Source: an uncultured delta proteobacterium
GTDB taxonomy: Bacteria; Myxococcota_A; Polyangia; Fen-1088
Direction: 5' to 3'
NCBI GenBank assembly: GCA_963767925.1
Contig: CAVYGB010000013.1
Span: forward strand, 32,001-96,000
DNA: 64,000 bases
Shown: positions 8,859-18,027 of the stretch, piece after piece
Layout of the letters: the number at the start of each line of letters is the position of its first letter
Position numbering within the stretch: position 1 is the stretch's first letter
Made by a program: the position numbers and the translations under genes
Notes under the pieces: generated by a model
Databases searched by the model: none
Told to the model about the DNA's origin: nothing
What the model saw: the letters and a program-made list of their open reading frames with translations, nothing else

Positions 8859-11350
8859 GCAACCCGGGCTACGCCATCGACAGCGCGCTGCTGGACCTCT
8901 TCCGCAGCGAGCTCGAGATCCACACCGCCGCGCTCAGCGAGGGGCTGCTCGCGCTCGAGGCCAGCGCCTCCGCGCCCTCCGGCTTCGAGGGGCTGCTGCG
9001 CGCGGCCCACTCGATCAAGGGCGCCGCCCGGGTGGTGGGGGTGGAGCCCGCCACCCGGCTGGCCCACGCGCTCGAAGATCGCCTGGTGATGATCCGCGAC
9101 CGCCAGGACACGGTGCGCGCCGAGGAGATCGACGTCCACCTGCGGGTCGTCGACCTGTTCAACCAGCTCGCGGCGAGCACCGCCTCGATCGAGACGCTCG
9201 CCGACTGGCACGCCAGCCACGGCCCGGCGGTGGAGGCCCTGATCAGCGAGCTGGCGGCGCTCAGCGTGGTCCCTCGCCCGGCCGCACCGGCGCCCGCGGC
9301 GCTGGTCCCCGCGCCGGCCCCCGTCGCGGCCGCGCTGGTCCCGGCCGCGCCGCCCTCCGTCCCCGCCCCGGCGGCCCCGGCCGCGCCGCCCGTGGCCCCG
9401 CCGCCCGCCGCCCCCAGCGCGATCCCTCCTGCGGTCGCGGCGCCCCCCGCCGCCTCCCCCTTCGTCCCGGCCGCCGCGGTGGCCGCGGCGATGGCGGTGC
9501 CAGGCAGCAGCGCCCTGCCCGGGCTGATCGTTCCGCCCCGCGCGCCGGCCGCGCCCACCTCCTCGACCCCCACCCCGCCCCCCATGACGGTGCCGAAGGT
9601 GTCCGAGCGGGTGGTGCGGGTGGCCGCCACGAACATCGAGCGCCTGGTGGGCCTGGCCGGCGAGTCGCTGGTCGAGACGCGGCAGCTCCACCCCTTCGTC
9701 GACTCGCTGCGGACGGTGCTGGAGAAGCAGTCCGCCCTCACCCGGATCATCGACGAGCTGGCCACCAAGCTGCATGACGGGGCGCCGCCCCAGATCCTGA
9801 CCCCCCTGCTGGTCAACGCCCGCACCCGGGCCCTCGAGTGCCGGCAGCTCGTCGCCGACCGGGCCGCCGACATCGACAGCTCCAGCCGGCGCCTCGACGA
9901 CGCCACCAGCCGCCTGTACCGCGAGGTGCTCGCCAGCCGCATGCGCCCCTTCGCCGACGGTGTGTCGGGGTTCCAGCGCATGGTGCGGGACCTGGCCCGC
10001 GACCTCGGCAAGAAGGTCCAGTTCGACATCGTCGGGGAGCACACCCAGGTCGACCGCGACGTGCTCGAGAAGCTCAAGGCCCCCCTCACCCACATCCTGC
10101 GCAACGCCCTCGATCACGGCGCCGAGCTGCCCGCCCAGCGCGAGGCGGCGGGCAAGCCGGAGACGGTGGCCCTGCGGCTCGAGGCCCGGCACCGGGCCGG
10201 CATGCTCATCATCACCTCCAGCGACGACGGGCGGGGCATCGACGTCGAGCGGCTGCGCAGCAAGGTGATCGCCCGGGGCATGGTGAGCAGCGACGTCGGC
10301 GAGCGGCTCACCCACGCCGAGCTGCTGGAGTTCATCTTCCTGGCGGGCGTGTCCACCGCCGCGAGCATCACCGAGATCTCGGGCCGGGGGGTGGGCCTCG
10401 ACGTCGTGCAGAGCTTCGTGCAGGAGATCGGGGGGACGGTGCGGGTCTTCTCCGAGCTCGGCAAGGGGACCCGCTTCCAGCTCCAGCTCCCCCTGACCCT
10501 CTCGGTCATCCGCGCGCTGGTGGTGGAGATCGCCGGCGATCCCTACGCCCTGCCCCTCAACCGCATCGAGCGCATCGCCCGGGTGCCCACCAGCCAGATC
10601 CGCCTTGTCGAGGGGCGGGAGTTCTTCCCCCTCGACGACCAGAACATCGGCCTGGTGGCGGCCGCCCGGCTGCTGGGCCTGGACAGCACGGCCTTGCCCC
10701 GCGAGGAGGTGGCGGTCGTCGTGGTGGGGGACCGCACCTACCGCTACGGCCTGGCGGTCGACCGCTTCCTGGGCGAACACGACCTGGTGGTGCGGCCCCT
10801 CGACCCCCGGCTGGGGCGGGTGCCCGACATCAACGCCGCCGCCATCTTGAACGACGGATCGCCGCTGCTGATCCTCGACGTCGAGGACGTCGTCCGGTCC
10901 ATCGACAAGCTGCTCAACGGCGAGGCCAAGCGGGCCTTCGCCGTCAACGCCGGCCCCAGCGCCCCCCGCCGCCGCAAGCGCATCCTCGTGGTCGACGACT
11001 CCATCACCGTGCGGGAGGTGGAGCGGCAGCTCCTGACCAGCCGGGGCTACGACGTCACCGTCGCGGTCGATGGGGCCGACGGCTGGAACTCGGTGCGGGG
11101 CGGCGAGTTCGACCTGGTGGTGAGCGACATCGACATGCCGCGCATGAACGGCATCGAGCTGGTCCGCTCGATCAAGCAGGACGCCAAGCTGCGCTCGCTG
11201 CCGGTGGTCATCGTCTCGTACAAGGACCGGGAAGAGGACCGCATGCGCGGCCTGGAGGCGGGCGCCGACGGTTACCTCACCAAGAGCAGCTTCCAGGATC
11301 ACACCCTGCTCAAGACCGTCGAGCGGCTGATCGGCGAGGCCCTGGCATGA
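8855..11350 (+). CDS. wspE: Hybrid CheA-REC histidine kinase (WspE)
   Basis: Hpt AAHSIKGAAR, Pro/Ala linker, HATPase (RNALDHG, DDGRGID, SGRGVGLDVV), CheW, REC (LVVDDS, SDIDMP). ATGA overlap with wspD. Confidence 0.92.
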   Translation: MSNPGYAIDSALLDLFRSELEIHTAALSEGLLALEASASAPSGFEGLLRAAHSIKGAARVVGVEPATRLAHALEDRLVMIRDRQDTVRAEEIDVHLRVVDLFNQLAASTASIETLADWHASHGPAVEALISELAALSVVPRPAAPAPAALVPAPAPVAAALVPAAPPSVPAPAAPAAPPVAPPPAAPSAIPPAVAAPPAASPFVPAAAVAAAMAVPGSSALPGLIVPPRAPAAPTSSTPTPPPMTVPKVSERVVRVAATNIERLVGLAGESLVETRQLHPFVDSLRTVLEKQSALTRIIDELATKLHDGAPPQILTPLLVNARTRALECRQLVADRAADIDSSSRRLDDATSRLYREVLASRMRPFADGVSGFQRMVRDLARDLGKKVQFDIVGEHTQVDRDVLEKLKAPLTHILRNALDHGAELPAQREAAGKPETVALRLEARHRAGMLIITSSDDGRGIDVERLRSKVIARGMVSSDVGERLTHAELLEFIFLAGVSTAASITEISGRGVGLDVVQSFVQEIGGTVRVFSELGKGTRFQLQLPLTLSVIRALVVEIAGDPYALPLNRIERIARVPTSQIRLVEGREFFPLDDQNIGLVAAARLLGLDSTALPREEVAVVVVGDRTYRYGLAVDRFLGEHDLVVRPLDPRLGRVPDINAAAILNDGSPLLILDVEDVVRSIDKLLNGEAKRAFAVNAGPSAPRRRKRILVVDDSITVREVERQLLTSRGYDVTVAVDGADGWNSVRGGEFDLVVSDIDMPRMNGIELVRSIKQDAKLRSLPVVIVSYKDREEDRMRGLEAGADGYLTKSSFQDHTLLKTVERLIGEALA

Positions 11351-12378
11351 AGATCGGCATCGCCAGCGCCCAGCAGGCCGCGATCGATCTGCTGCAGCAG
11401 CTCCTCGAGCGAGCCAACCCCCCCCACGAGCTGGCCTGGGTGGTGCGCGACGAGGCGGGGGCCGTCTGGCGTTGCCAGCAGGAGCGGCCCGACCTCCTGC
11501 TGCTGGACGCCGAGTTGCCCGCCCAGGGGCGCGACCAGGACATCATCCCCCGGATCATGGCGGCCAGCCCCTGCGGCATCGTCCTCGTCGCCACCGACCC
11601 CGCCCGCAACATCGGGACGGTGTACGAATCGATGAGCCGGGGGGCCCTCGACTGGTTCAGCCTGCGCCTGCACGGCGGCAGCCGCGAGGAGCAGGGGCAG
11701 GCGCTGTTGGCCAAGCTGGCCCGCCTGCAGCCCCTGCTTCGCGGCGCCCAGCGCGAGCGGGCCACCCCCCGCCCGTCGGGCCCGGCGACGATGGGGCCGA
11801 CCCCGCTGGTGGCGATCGGGTCGTCGACGGGGGGACCCCAGGCGCTGGCCGAGATCCTGGGGGGCCTGCCCCGGGCCTTCTCGGGGTGCCTCGTCATCGT
11901 CCAGCACTTCGATCCCGCGTACACCGATGGGCTCACCTCCTGGCTCAGCCAGCAGTCGGGGTTCTCCGTGCGCCTGGCGGTGGCCGGTGATCGGCCACGC
12001 CCCGGCGACGTCCTGGTGGCCGCTGCCGACCGCCACCTCGTCATGCGGCGGGGCGGCTACCTGGGCTACGAGACGGAGCCCAGCGGCACGCCTTACCGCC
12101 CCAACGTCGACGTGTTCTTTCGCAGCCTCGTCAGCTACGCCCCCAAGCAGGCCGCGGCTGTCCTGCTGACGGGGATGGGCGCCGACGGCGCCGAGGGCCT
12201 CAAGCAGCTCCGCCAGGCCGGCTGGTTGACCATCGCCCAGGACCGCGCCACCAGCGTGGTCTACGGCATGCCGAAGGCGGCGGCCGAGCTGGGCGCCGCC
12301 GCCATGATCTTACCTCTGACCCGGATCGCCCACGTCCTGCGCGCCCAGGTAGCCGGCTCCCTCGTCAACAACCCCTGA
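11347..12378 (+). CDS. wspF: CheB methylesterase (WspF)
   Basis: Catalytic motifs GSSTGGP, VQH, LTGMGADG; degenerate N-terminal REC; ATGA overlap with wspE. Confidence 0.9.
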   Translation: MKIGIASAQQAAIDLLQQLLERANPPHELAWVVRDEAGAVWRCQQERPDLLLLDAELPAQGRDQDIIPRIMAASPCGIVLVATDPARNIGTVYESMSRGALDWFSLRLHGGSREEQGQALLAKLARLQPLLRGAQRERATPRPSGPATMGPTPLVAIGSSTGGPQALAEILGGLPRAFSGCLVIVQHFDPAYTDGLTSWLSQQSGFSVRLAVAGDRPRPGDVLVAAADRHLVMRRGGYLGYETEPSGTPYRPNVDVFFRSLVSYAPKQAAAVLLTGMGADGAEGLKQLRQAGWLTIAQDRATSVVYGMPKAAAELGAAAMILPLTRIAHVLRAQVAGSLVNNP

Positions 12379-12406
12379 CCTGCGGCCTGACGCCGGCGCG
12401 ACCGGG

Positions 12407-13192
12407 CTAGCGGCGGGCTTTGCGCAGCACGATGCGCACGGTCTTGCGCTTGTCGGCGGTGACGGTGGTCAGCGAGCCCTCGAAGCCGTCGGCCAGCGCC
12501 CCGATCGTGTGTTTGGTCCCGCGGGCGAGGGGCACCGGGTTGGAGACCATCGGCTCGCCATTGAGCAGCAGGCGGGCGCTGCGGGGAGAGACGTCGACCG
12601 TGACAAGGACGTTGGGTCCCAGCTCGACCGGCTTCCATACCGTGGGCTGGGCGGCGGCGGCCGGGTCGCTGGCGCTGGCCGGCGCCGCCGCCGACTCGGA
12701 CGCCGCGCTCCCTCCGCGAAAGTAGCGCAGGGCCGAGCCGATCACCGCCAGCATGCCCAGCCCGGCGAAGGCCCACAGCAGCAGGTTCGACATCCCCTCG
12801 CGGGGGGCCTTGTAGTCCCCCTCGAGGGCCCCCGCCGTCTCGGGCATCCGGAAGACGCCGCTGGCCCCCCCCTTCTCCGGGACCCGGTGGGTGCCGCTGG
12901 TGCCGCCCGCCTTGCCCTGCACGCGAAAGACGCCGCTGGTGGAGGCGCGCTCGGCGCTCAGGCCGCGCACGGCGGGGGTCGGATCGGGCGCCACCGTCTG
13001 GGCGCTCGGCCGGCGGGCCGGTTTGGCGATCTCGAGCGCCAGCTCGATGTTCTCGTTCTCGGCGGGCGGCGCGAAGGGATCCCGCCCGGAGCTGGCCGCG
13101 CCCTTGGTCTCCTCGATGCCGGGCGCGAGCTCGAGCCGGGGCACCTGGCCATCCCCGGCGAGCGCGTGCGGATCGCGGCCCTGCTCTGCCAT
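12407..13192 (-). CDS. Hypothetical single-pass membrane protein with C-terminal PEGA-like beta domain
   Basis: Disordered N-terminus, one TM (LLLWAFAGLGMLAVIGSAL), C-terminal VSPRSARLLLNG...ADGF pattern. Confidence 0.6.
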   Translation of the reverse strand: MAEQGRDPHALAGDGQVPRLELAPGIEETKGAASSGRDPFAPPAENENIELALEIAKPARRPSAQTVAPDPTPAVRGLSAERASTSGVFRVQGKAGGTSGTHRVPEKGGASGVFRMPETAGALEGDYKAPREGMSNLLLWAFAGLGMLAVIGSALRYFRGGSAASESAAAPASASDPAAAAQPTVWKPVELGPNVLVTVDVSPRSARLLLNGEPMVSNPVPLARGTKHTIGALADGFEGSLTTVTADKRKTVRIVLRKARR

Positions 13193-13381
13193 CTCCTTTA
13201 AGCGTGACGCTCCCGTTCCCCGCCCGCAACGAACGCGCCCGCCCCGCCCGCGATCGAGGGAAAAAAAACCGGGCGCCGGTGCGAGCCTGCCCGACCCCCG
13301 CCGCGGTGTCGGTGGCGGTGTGAGGCTGCGCCCCGGCGGCGCCGCCGGCAGGTCCCGGCGCCTGGGCCGGGCACCAGAAAG

Positions 13382-13418
13382 AAAAAGCCCCCGGGCCGGG
13401 TGGCGCGGGGGCCTTTTT
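13382..13418. terminator. Intrinsic terminator, probably bidirectional, downstream of 13437-14258
   Basis: AAAAAGCCCCCG...CGGGGGCCTTTTT hairpin flanked by A and T tracts. Confidence 0.65.
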
Positions 13419-13436
13419 CAGAGACGGAGCGTTCGC

Positions 13437-14258
13437 TTACAGCGGGCGGACGCTCACCCAGAGCAGGAGGGACTTGCCGTCGGCGGCGCCGACACCCTCG
13501 GGCGGGTGGAGCAGGTTGGTAAAGTCGAAGCGGGCGCCCACGTCGAGCGTGTTGTTGATGGCGACCAGCGCGCCGATGCCCACGGGAACGCCGAAGGCGT
13601 CGCCGAAGCCGTCGAGCGAGGTCTGGGAGATGCCGGTGTAGAGCACCGGGGAGATGTTCTCGGTCGCCCGGAAGTAGGCGTAGACCGGCAGGCCGAAGCT
13701 CTCCTTGTTGTTGACGGGCGCGTCCCGCTCGTTGAGGCCGAGGCCGAAGTTCGGGTAGGCCAGGATGGCGACGTTGCCCCCGACTACCCAGTTCATGGCC
13801 CCACCGACCTGCAGGTTGAGCGTCATCGGGTCGCTGATCCGCAGGAAGTTGAGCTGGGTCCAGGTGGCGAGCTCGAGGCTGCTGCCCCGCCCGAAGAGCG
13901 AGAACAGGAGCTGCACGCCGAGGTCGTCGTAGACCTTGGCACAGTCGCTGGTGAGGCAGATGCCGGTGCCGTGGACGATGCCGAGCTGGAGCTCGTCGCT
14001 GAGGCCGTACCAGATGGCCAGCGGCAAGCTGACGCGCTTGTCGCCGACCTTGGGCAGGCCGACCGCGCCGTTGACATCCACCTGGAGCATGCCGCCGCTC
14101 AGGGCGAGCGGACGGTCGACGCCCGAGAGCGGCCAGTTCTCCTTGGCGAGCGGATCGCCCGAGACGGGGGCGGCCGTAGCCTCGGCGGTGGGGTCTTGGG
14201 CCATTGCCGCCGCGGGGGCGACCACTACGAAAAGCAACGCGAGCAATGTTCGTCGCAT
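13437..14258 (-). CDS. Exported protein, putative outer-membrane beta-barrel
   Basis: Signal peptide (AMA-Q); alternating hydrophobic beta-strand pattern throughout; AGGAG RBS; own terminator. Confidence 0.55.
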   Translation of the reverse strand: MRRTLLALLFVVVAPAAAMAQDPTAEATAAPVSGDPLAKENWPLSGVDRPLALSGGMLQVDVNGAVGLPKVGDKRVSLPLAIWYGLSDELQLGIVHGTGICLTSDCAKVYDDLGVQLLFSLFGRGSSLELATWTQLNFLRISDPMTLNLQVGGAMNWVVGGNVAILAYPNFGLGLNERDAPVNNKESFGLPVYAYFRATENISPVLYTGISQTSLDGFGDAFGVPVGIGALVAINNTLDVGARFDFTNLLHPPEGVGAADGKSLLLWVSVRPL

Positions 14259-14554
14259 GTAAGGACTCCTTGGTGACCTGGGGCTGGTTTAACCGCCCGC
14301 ACGCCTGGCTGTAAAGAAGCTTGCTGTTTGCTCTCCGGAGCCGTCACGCCTCGGTTTCCTCGCTGTTTCCGTGCCGTTAAGGTTTTGACGGCTGCTGGCA
14401 CCCGGTCGGATGTAAAGGCTGGCTTTTCCCCGGAAACGCGCGTCTTCCGGAGGGGCCCGCGCAGGAGAGAGGATCGCGATGACACGGAGGGGCTCGCTAT
14501 TTCGGCCCCAATTCCTGCTCCTGGTTTCGTGTTTTCACGCGCCCAGGAGTCCCC

Positions 14555-14586
14555 AAAAAAAAAGGGAGAGGGCGACGCCCCCTCCC
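14555..14586 (-). terminator. Intrinsic terminator of the thioredoxin-fold gene pair
   Basis: GGGAGAGGGC-GAC-GCCCCCTCCC hairpin next to A9 (U9 on the minus strand). Confidence 0.75.
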
Positions 14587-14630
14587 CGATCCCGGAACGA
14601 GCCGGCTTGGCCGACGTCGTTGCGAGACGC

Positions 14631-15254
14631 CTACGAGACCTTGGCGAACTTGATGGTGCAGCCCAGGCTCTTGGTCTCCTGGACGGCGGGGGTCTTGCCG
14701 GTGGAGACGGCCTCGAGGGCGTCCTTGAGGAAGGTCTTCTGGACCTTGGCGGCCTCCTCGTGGTTGTCGTCGATGGTGCCGTGGTAGACCAGCTTGCCGC
14801 CCTTGTCGAACAGGAAGGCTTCGGGCGTGCGGGTGGCGCCGAAGGCCTTGGCTACCGACGAGTCCGGATCCACGGCGTAGGCGAACTGGACGTTCCGCTC
14901 CTTGGCCCGGGCCTGGGTGAGCTCGAAGGTGTCCTTCTTCGAGACGTTCGGGTTGTTGGAGTTGATCAGCAGGACGCCCACGCCCTTCTTGGCGTAGGTG
15001 TTGCCGAGGGCCACGATGCGCTCCTCCCAGGCCTTGGCGTAGGGGCACTCGTTGCAGGTGAACACCACCAGGGTGCCGCTCTTGCCGGCGGCCTTGGCGA
15101 TGGTGATCTCCTTGCCGTCCACCACGTTCTTGAGCTTGGCGTCGGCGGCCGGGGCCTTGGAGGCGAGGGCGATGGGCTTGGCGTCGTCGGCGTAGGCCGC
15201 GGAGCTGGCCGCGGCCAGGACGAGGGCTGACAGGGACAGAGTCAGAGTCTTCAT
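14631..15254 (-). CDS. Exported thioredoxin-family (AhpC/TSA-like) protein
   Basis: Signal peptide; FTCNECPYA CxxC, INSN, FGATRTPEAFLFD, YHGTIDD, SLGCTIK. GGAG RBS; overlaps the upstream stop. Confidence 0.85.
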   Translation of the reverse strand: MKTLTLSLSALVLAAASSAAYADDAKPIALASKAPAADAKLKNVVDGKEITIAKAAGKSGTLVVFTCNECPYAKAWEERIVALGNTYAKKGVGVLLINSNNPNVSKKDTFELTQARAKERNVQFAYAVDPDSSVAKAFGATRTPEAFLFDKGGKLVYHGTIDDNHEEAAKVQKTFLKDALEAVSTGKTPAVQETKSLGCTIKFAKVS

Positions 15255-15874
15255 GGTGTTCTCCTTTTGGGCTGACCTTGGTTCTGACCGTGCTGGTTCT
15301 GACCGAGTGTCGGGTCGGTGGTCTTGGCCTCCGGGTGCCCGGTCAGGAGGCCGCCAAGTTCCTTCTTGAGGGCCTCGTGGGTGACCGGTCCCGACCAGAG
15401 TCGTTTCCTCTGGCCGCTGCCGTCGAACAGCAGGGAGGCCGGCAGCGTACCATTCCACCGGGGGTCGAGCCCGTCGATGAACGTCTGGTCGTTTCCGGTC
15501 TTGAGATAGGAACGAAAATCGACGCCCAGGGACGCCAGGAACCGGGCCACCGCCTTCTTCTCGGACGACAGATCGGCCGACACGAGGATCAGGCGCAACC
15601 CGTGGTCCCGGCTCTCCTTGTAAAATTTGAGTATGTCGGGCATCTCCTCGACGCAAGGCTCGCACCAGGTCGCCCAGACGTTGACCAGGACCGCCTTGGC
15701 GCCGGGCCGACGCACCGCTGACATCACCGCCTCGATGTTGGCCGGGACCACCTCCGGCAGCTTGCCCGCGGGAGCGCCGCTGGCGCTGGGGCCCGCGCCC
15801 GCAGCCGCGAAGGCGACCGCGCCGAGACCGATCAGCAGGCCCAGCGAGGCACCTCGAAAATGAAAGGTCGTCAT
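15251..15874 (-). CDS. TlpA-family disulfide reductase
   Basis: LVNVWATWCEPCVEEMP; signal/anchor sequence; WNGTLPAS cis-Pro motif. Confidence 0.88.
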   Translation of the reverse strand: MTTFHFRGASLGLLIGLGAVAFAAAGAGPSASGAPAGKLPEVVPANIEAVMSAVRRPGAKAVLVNVWATWCEPCVEEMPDILKFYKESRDHGLRLILVSADLSSEKKAVARFLASLGVDFRSYLKTGNDQTFIDGLDPRWNGTLPASLLFDGSGQRKRLWSGPVTHEALKKELGGLLTGHPEAKTTDPTLGQNQHGQNQGQPKRRTP

Positions 15875-15905
15875 CGGGCGCAACCTTACCCCGGCCCCCG
15901 CCCGG

Positions 15906-15994
15906 CCGCCCGAGAACGACGAACGCTCCTGGCCGCCAGGGCGAACCGCCCGAGAACGACGAACGCTCCTGGCCGCCAGGGCGAACCGCCCGAG
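15906..15994. repeat. 40-bp tandem repeat, 2 copies plus a partial third
   Basis: CCGCCCGAGAACGACGAACGCTCCTGGCCGCCAGGGCGAA at 15906 and 15946; contains a CCTGG-CCG-CCAGG hairpin. Confidence 0.9.
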
Positions 15995-16060
15995 CAAGCG
16001 AAACCTCCGCCCGATCCGCCGATGAGGATCCGCGCGGGAGCTGAACGAGGCAACTCCGCG

Positions 16061-16110
16061 GTTGTTCGCCCTCGCCCCGCGGCAGCGGGGAGAGGGGAGG
16101 GGTGAGGGGT
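16061..16110. repeat. Single REP-like palindromic element
   Basis: GTTCGCCCTCGCCCCGC-GGCA-GCGGGGAGAGGGGAGGGGTGAGGGG; related copies at ~20.85, 40.3-40.46 and 53.4-53.8 kb. Confidence 0.75.
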
Positions 16111-16125
16111 CCTCCGACCGCTGCG

Positions 16126-16932
16126 CTAGGTGATCCGGGTCCCCACCGTGCCGGGGGCGGCGAGGGCCGCGGCGATCTCGGTGGGGCCCACGATCTGCAC
16201 GCTGCGGACTCCAGCGGCGATGGCGGCGAACGCCTCCTCCAGCTTCGGGATCATGCCGCCGGTCACAACCCCGCCGGCGATCGCCGCGCGCCCCTCGGTC
16301 ACGCTGAGGCGGGGCAAGCGCGTGGCCGGATCGCGCGGGTCACGCCGCACGCCCCCCACCGCGGTCACCGCCACCAGCGTGTCGGCCTCGAGCGCGGCGG
16401 CCATCTGGCTGGCGGCGAGGTCGGCGTTGAGGTTGAGCACCTGCCCGTCCTCGGAGAGCCCGAGGCAGGAGATCACCGGCAGGTAGCGGGCCGCCAGGAG
16501 CGTCTCCAGCAGCGGGCGATCGATCCCCACCACGTCCCCCACCAGCCCGAAGTCGATCGGCTCGGGCCCGCCGCCCGACACGACCCGGGGCGGCCGCCGG
16601 CGCGCCCGCAGGACGCCGCTGCCCGCGTGCAACCCGACCGCGCGCACCTGCCGCGCCCGCAAGGCCGCGCACAGCTCGACGTTGAGCCGCCCGGCCACCA
16701 CCATCTCCAGCACCTCCAGGGTGGCCGCGTCGGTGATCCGCCGCCCGCCCACCAGGCGGGTCTCCACGCCCAGCCGCCCCGACAGCGCCGTCACCTGGGC
16801 GCCCCCGCCGTGCACGACGACGATCCGGTCGGCCGGGGCCGCCTCGATGCAAGCGGCGGCCCCGGCGGCCACCTCACCCCGGGCCGGATCCTCGAGGACG
16901 TCGCCGCCCAGCTTGATGACCACCGTCGCCAT
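16126..16932 (-). CDS. argB: Acetylglutamate kinase
   Basis: VIKLGG, VVVHGGG, GRRITD, NLNAD, GGMIPKL; directly downstream of argC. Confidence 0.88.
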   Translation of the reverse strand: MATVVIKLGGDVLEDPARGEVAAGAAACIEAAPADRIVVVHGGGAQVTALSGRLGVETRLVGGRRITDAATLEVLEMVVAGRLNVELCAALRARQVRAVGLHAGSGVLRARRRPPRVVSGGGPEPIDFGLVGDVVGIDRPLLETLLAARYLPVISCLGLSEDGQVLNLNADLAASQMAAALEADTLVAVTAVGGVRRDPRDPATRLPRLSVTEGRAAIAGGVVTGGMIPKLEEAFAAIAAGVRSVQIVGPTEIAAALAAPGTVGTRIT

Positions 16933-16934
16933 GG

Positions 16935-18005
16935 TCAGGGCCACCCGCCCGGGTCTTCCAGGGACAGCGTCTCGGTCAGCCCCAGCACCAGGTTCATGTT
17001 CTGGATGGCCTGGCCGGCTCCACCCTTGATGAGGTTGTCGGTGGCGGCCTGCACGGCGAGGGTGCGGCCCTCCCCCTCGACCGGCCCCAGCGTGAAGCTG
17101 ACCTCGGCGTAGTTCGAGCCGGACACCGCCGCCACCTCCGCCGGCCGGTCCTCGACGAAGCGGACGAACGGCTCGGAGTCGAAGCTCGTCCGGTACATCC
17201 CGGCCAGCTCGTCGCGGCCGATCGCCGCCGGCAGCTCGACGAAGCAGGTGGCGAGGATCCCGCGCGACAGCGGCGCCGACACCGGCACGAACTGCAGCGT
17301 GAAGGGCGGTGCCGCCCCCCCGCGCCCGCCCGCGCCCGCGTCGATCAGCGTCTGCACGATCTCCGGCGTGTGCTGGTGGTCGAGCAGCTTGTAGCTCTTC
17401 AGATTCACCGCCCGCACCGGGTGGTGGGTGCCGGGCCCCGCGACCACGCCGCTGCCCGAGGAGCCTGTGATTCCCAGCACATGGATGGGCCCGCGCAGCC
17501 TGCCCGCCCGGGCCAGGGGCAGCAGCGCCAGCTCGATGGTCGTGGCGAAGCAGCCGGGAGAGGCCACCGCCTGCGCCGCGCGGATCGCCTCCCGGTTCAG
17601 CTCGGGCAAACCGTAGACGAAGCGGCCGAGCAGCTCCGGGTGGGGGTGCTCGGCCCCGTAATATTGTTTGTAGGCAGCCGCATCGCGCAGGCGAAAGTCG
17701 CCGGACATGTCGACGATCTTGACGCCCGTGGCCAGGAGCTCGGGCGCAACCTTTGCGCTCACCTTGTGAGGCAGGCCGAGCAGCGCCACGTCAGATCCGG
17801 CCGCCGCAGCCGCCGCCGATACGTTCTCGAAACGGAGCGGCGTCCGCCCCGTCAGCGACGGGTGAGCAGCGCCCAGAGGCTGGCCAACGAAGTCGACGCT
17901 GGCCACCCGCACCAGGTCCACTTCGGGGTGCAGGAGGAGCCGCCGGATGAGCTCGGCCCCCCCATATCCGCTCCCTCCTATCACCGAGGCTTTGAATCGC
18001 TTCAT
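16935..18005 (-). CDS. argC: N-acetyl-gamma-glutamyl-phosphate reductase
   Basis: GGSGYGGAEL, DMSGDFRL, YGLPEL, SPGCFAT, DNLIKGGAGQAIQNMN. Confidence 0.92.
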   Translation of the reverse strand: MKRFKASVIGGSGYGGAELIRRLLLHPEVDLVRVASVDFVGQPLGAAHPSLTGRTPLRFENVSAAAAAAGSDVALLGLPHKVSAKVAPELLATGVKIVDMSGDFRLRDAAAYKQYYGAEHPHPELLGRFVYGLPELNREAIRAAQAVASPGCFATTIELALLPLARAGRLRGPIHVLGITGSSGSGVVAGPGTHHPVRAVNLKSYKLLDHQHTPEIVQTLIDAGAGGRGGAAPPFTLQFVPVSAPLSRGILATCFVELPAAIGRDELAGMYRTSFDSEPFVRFVEDRPAEVAAVSGSNYAEVSFTLGPVEGEGRTLAVQAATDNLIKGGAGQAIQNMNLVLGLTETLSLEDPGGWP

Positions 18006-18027
18006 ACGTACCTTAATCTTACCGCTG

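Noticed and set aside
13261..13365. SRP, 6S or tRNA gene
   Set aside because: Lacks the SRP domain IV motif, tRNA cloverleaf and 6S length; kept only as an unassigned candidate.
16126..18005. LysW-dependent lysY/lysZ pair
   Set aside because: No lysW or lysX nearby; motifs fit ordinary argC/argB. Not fully excluded without phylogeny.
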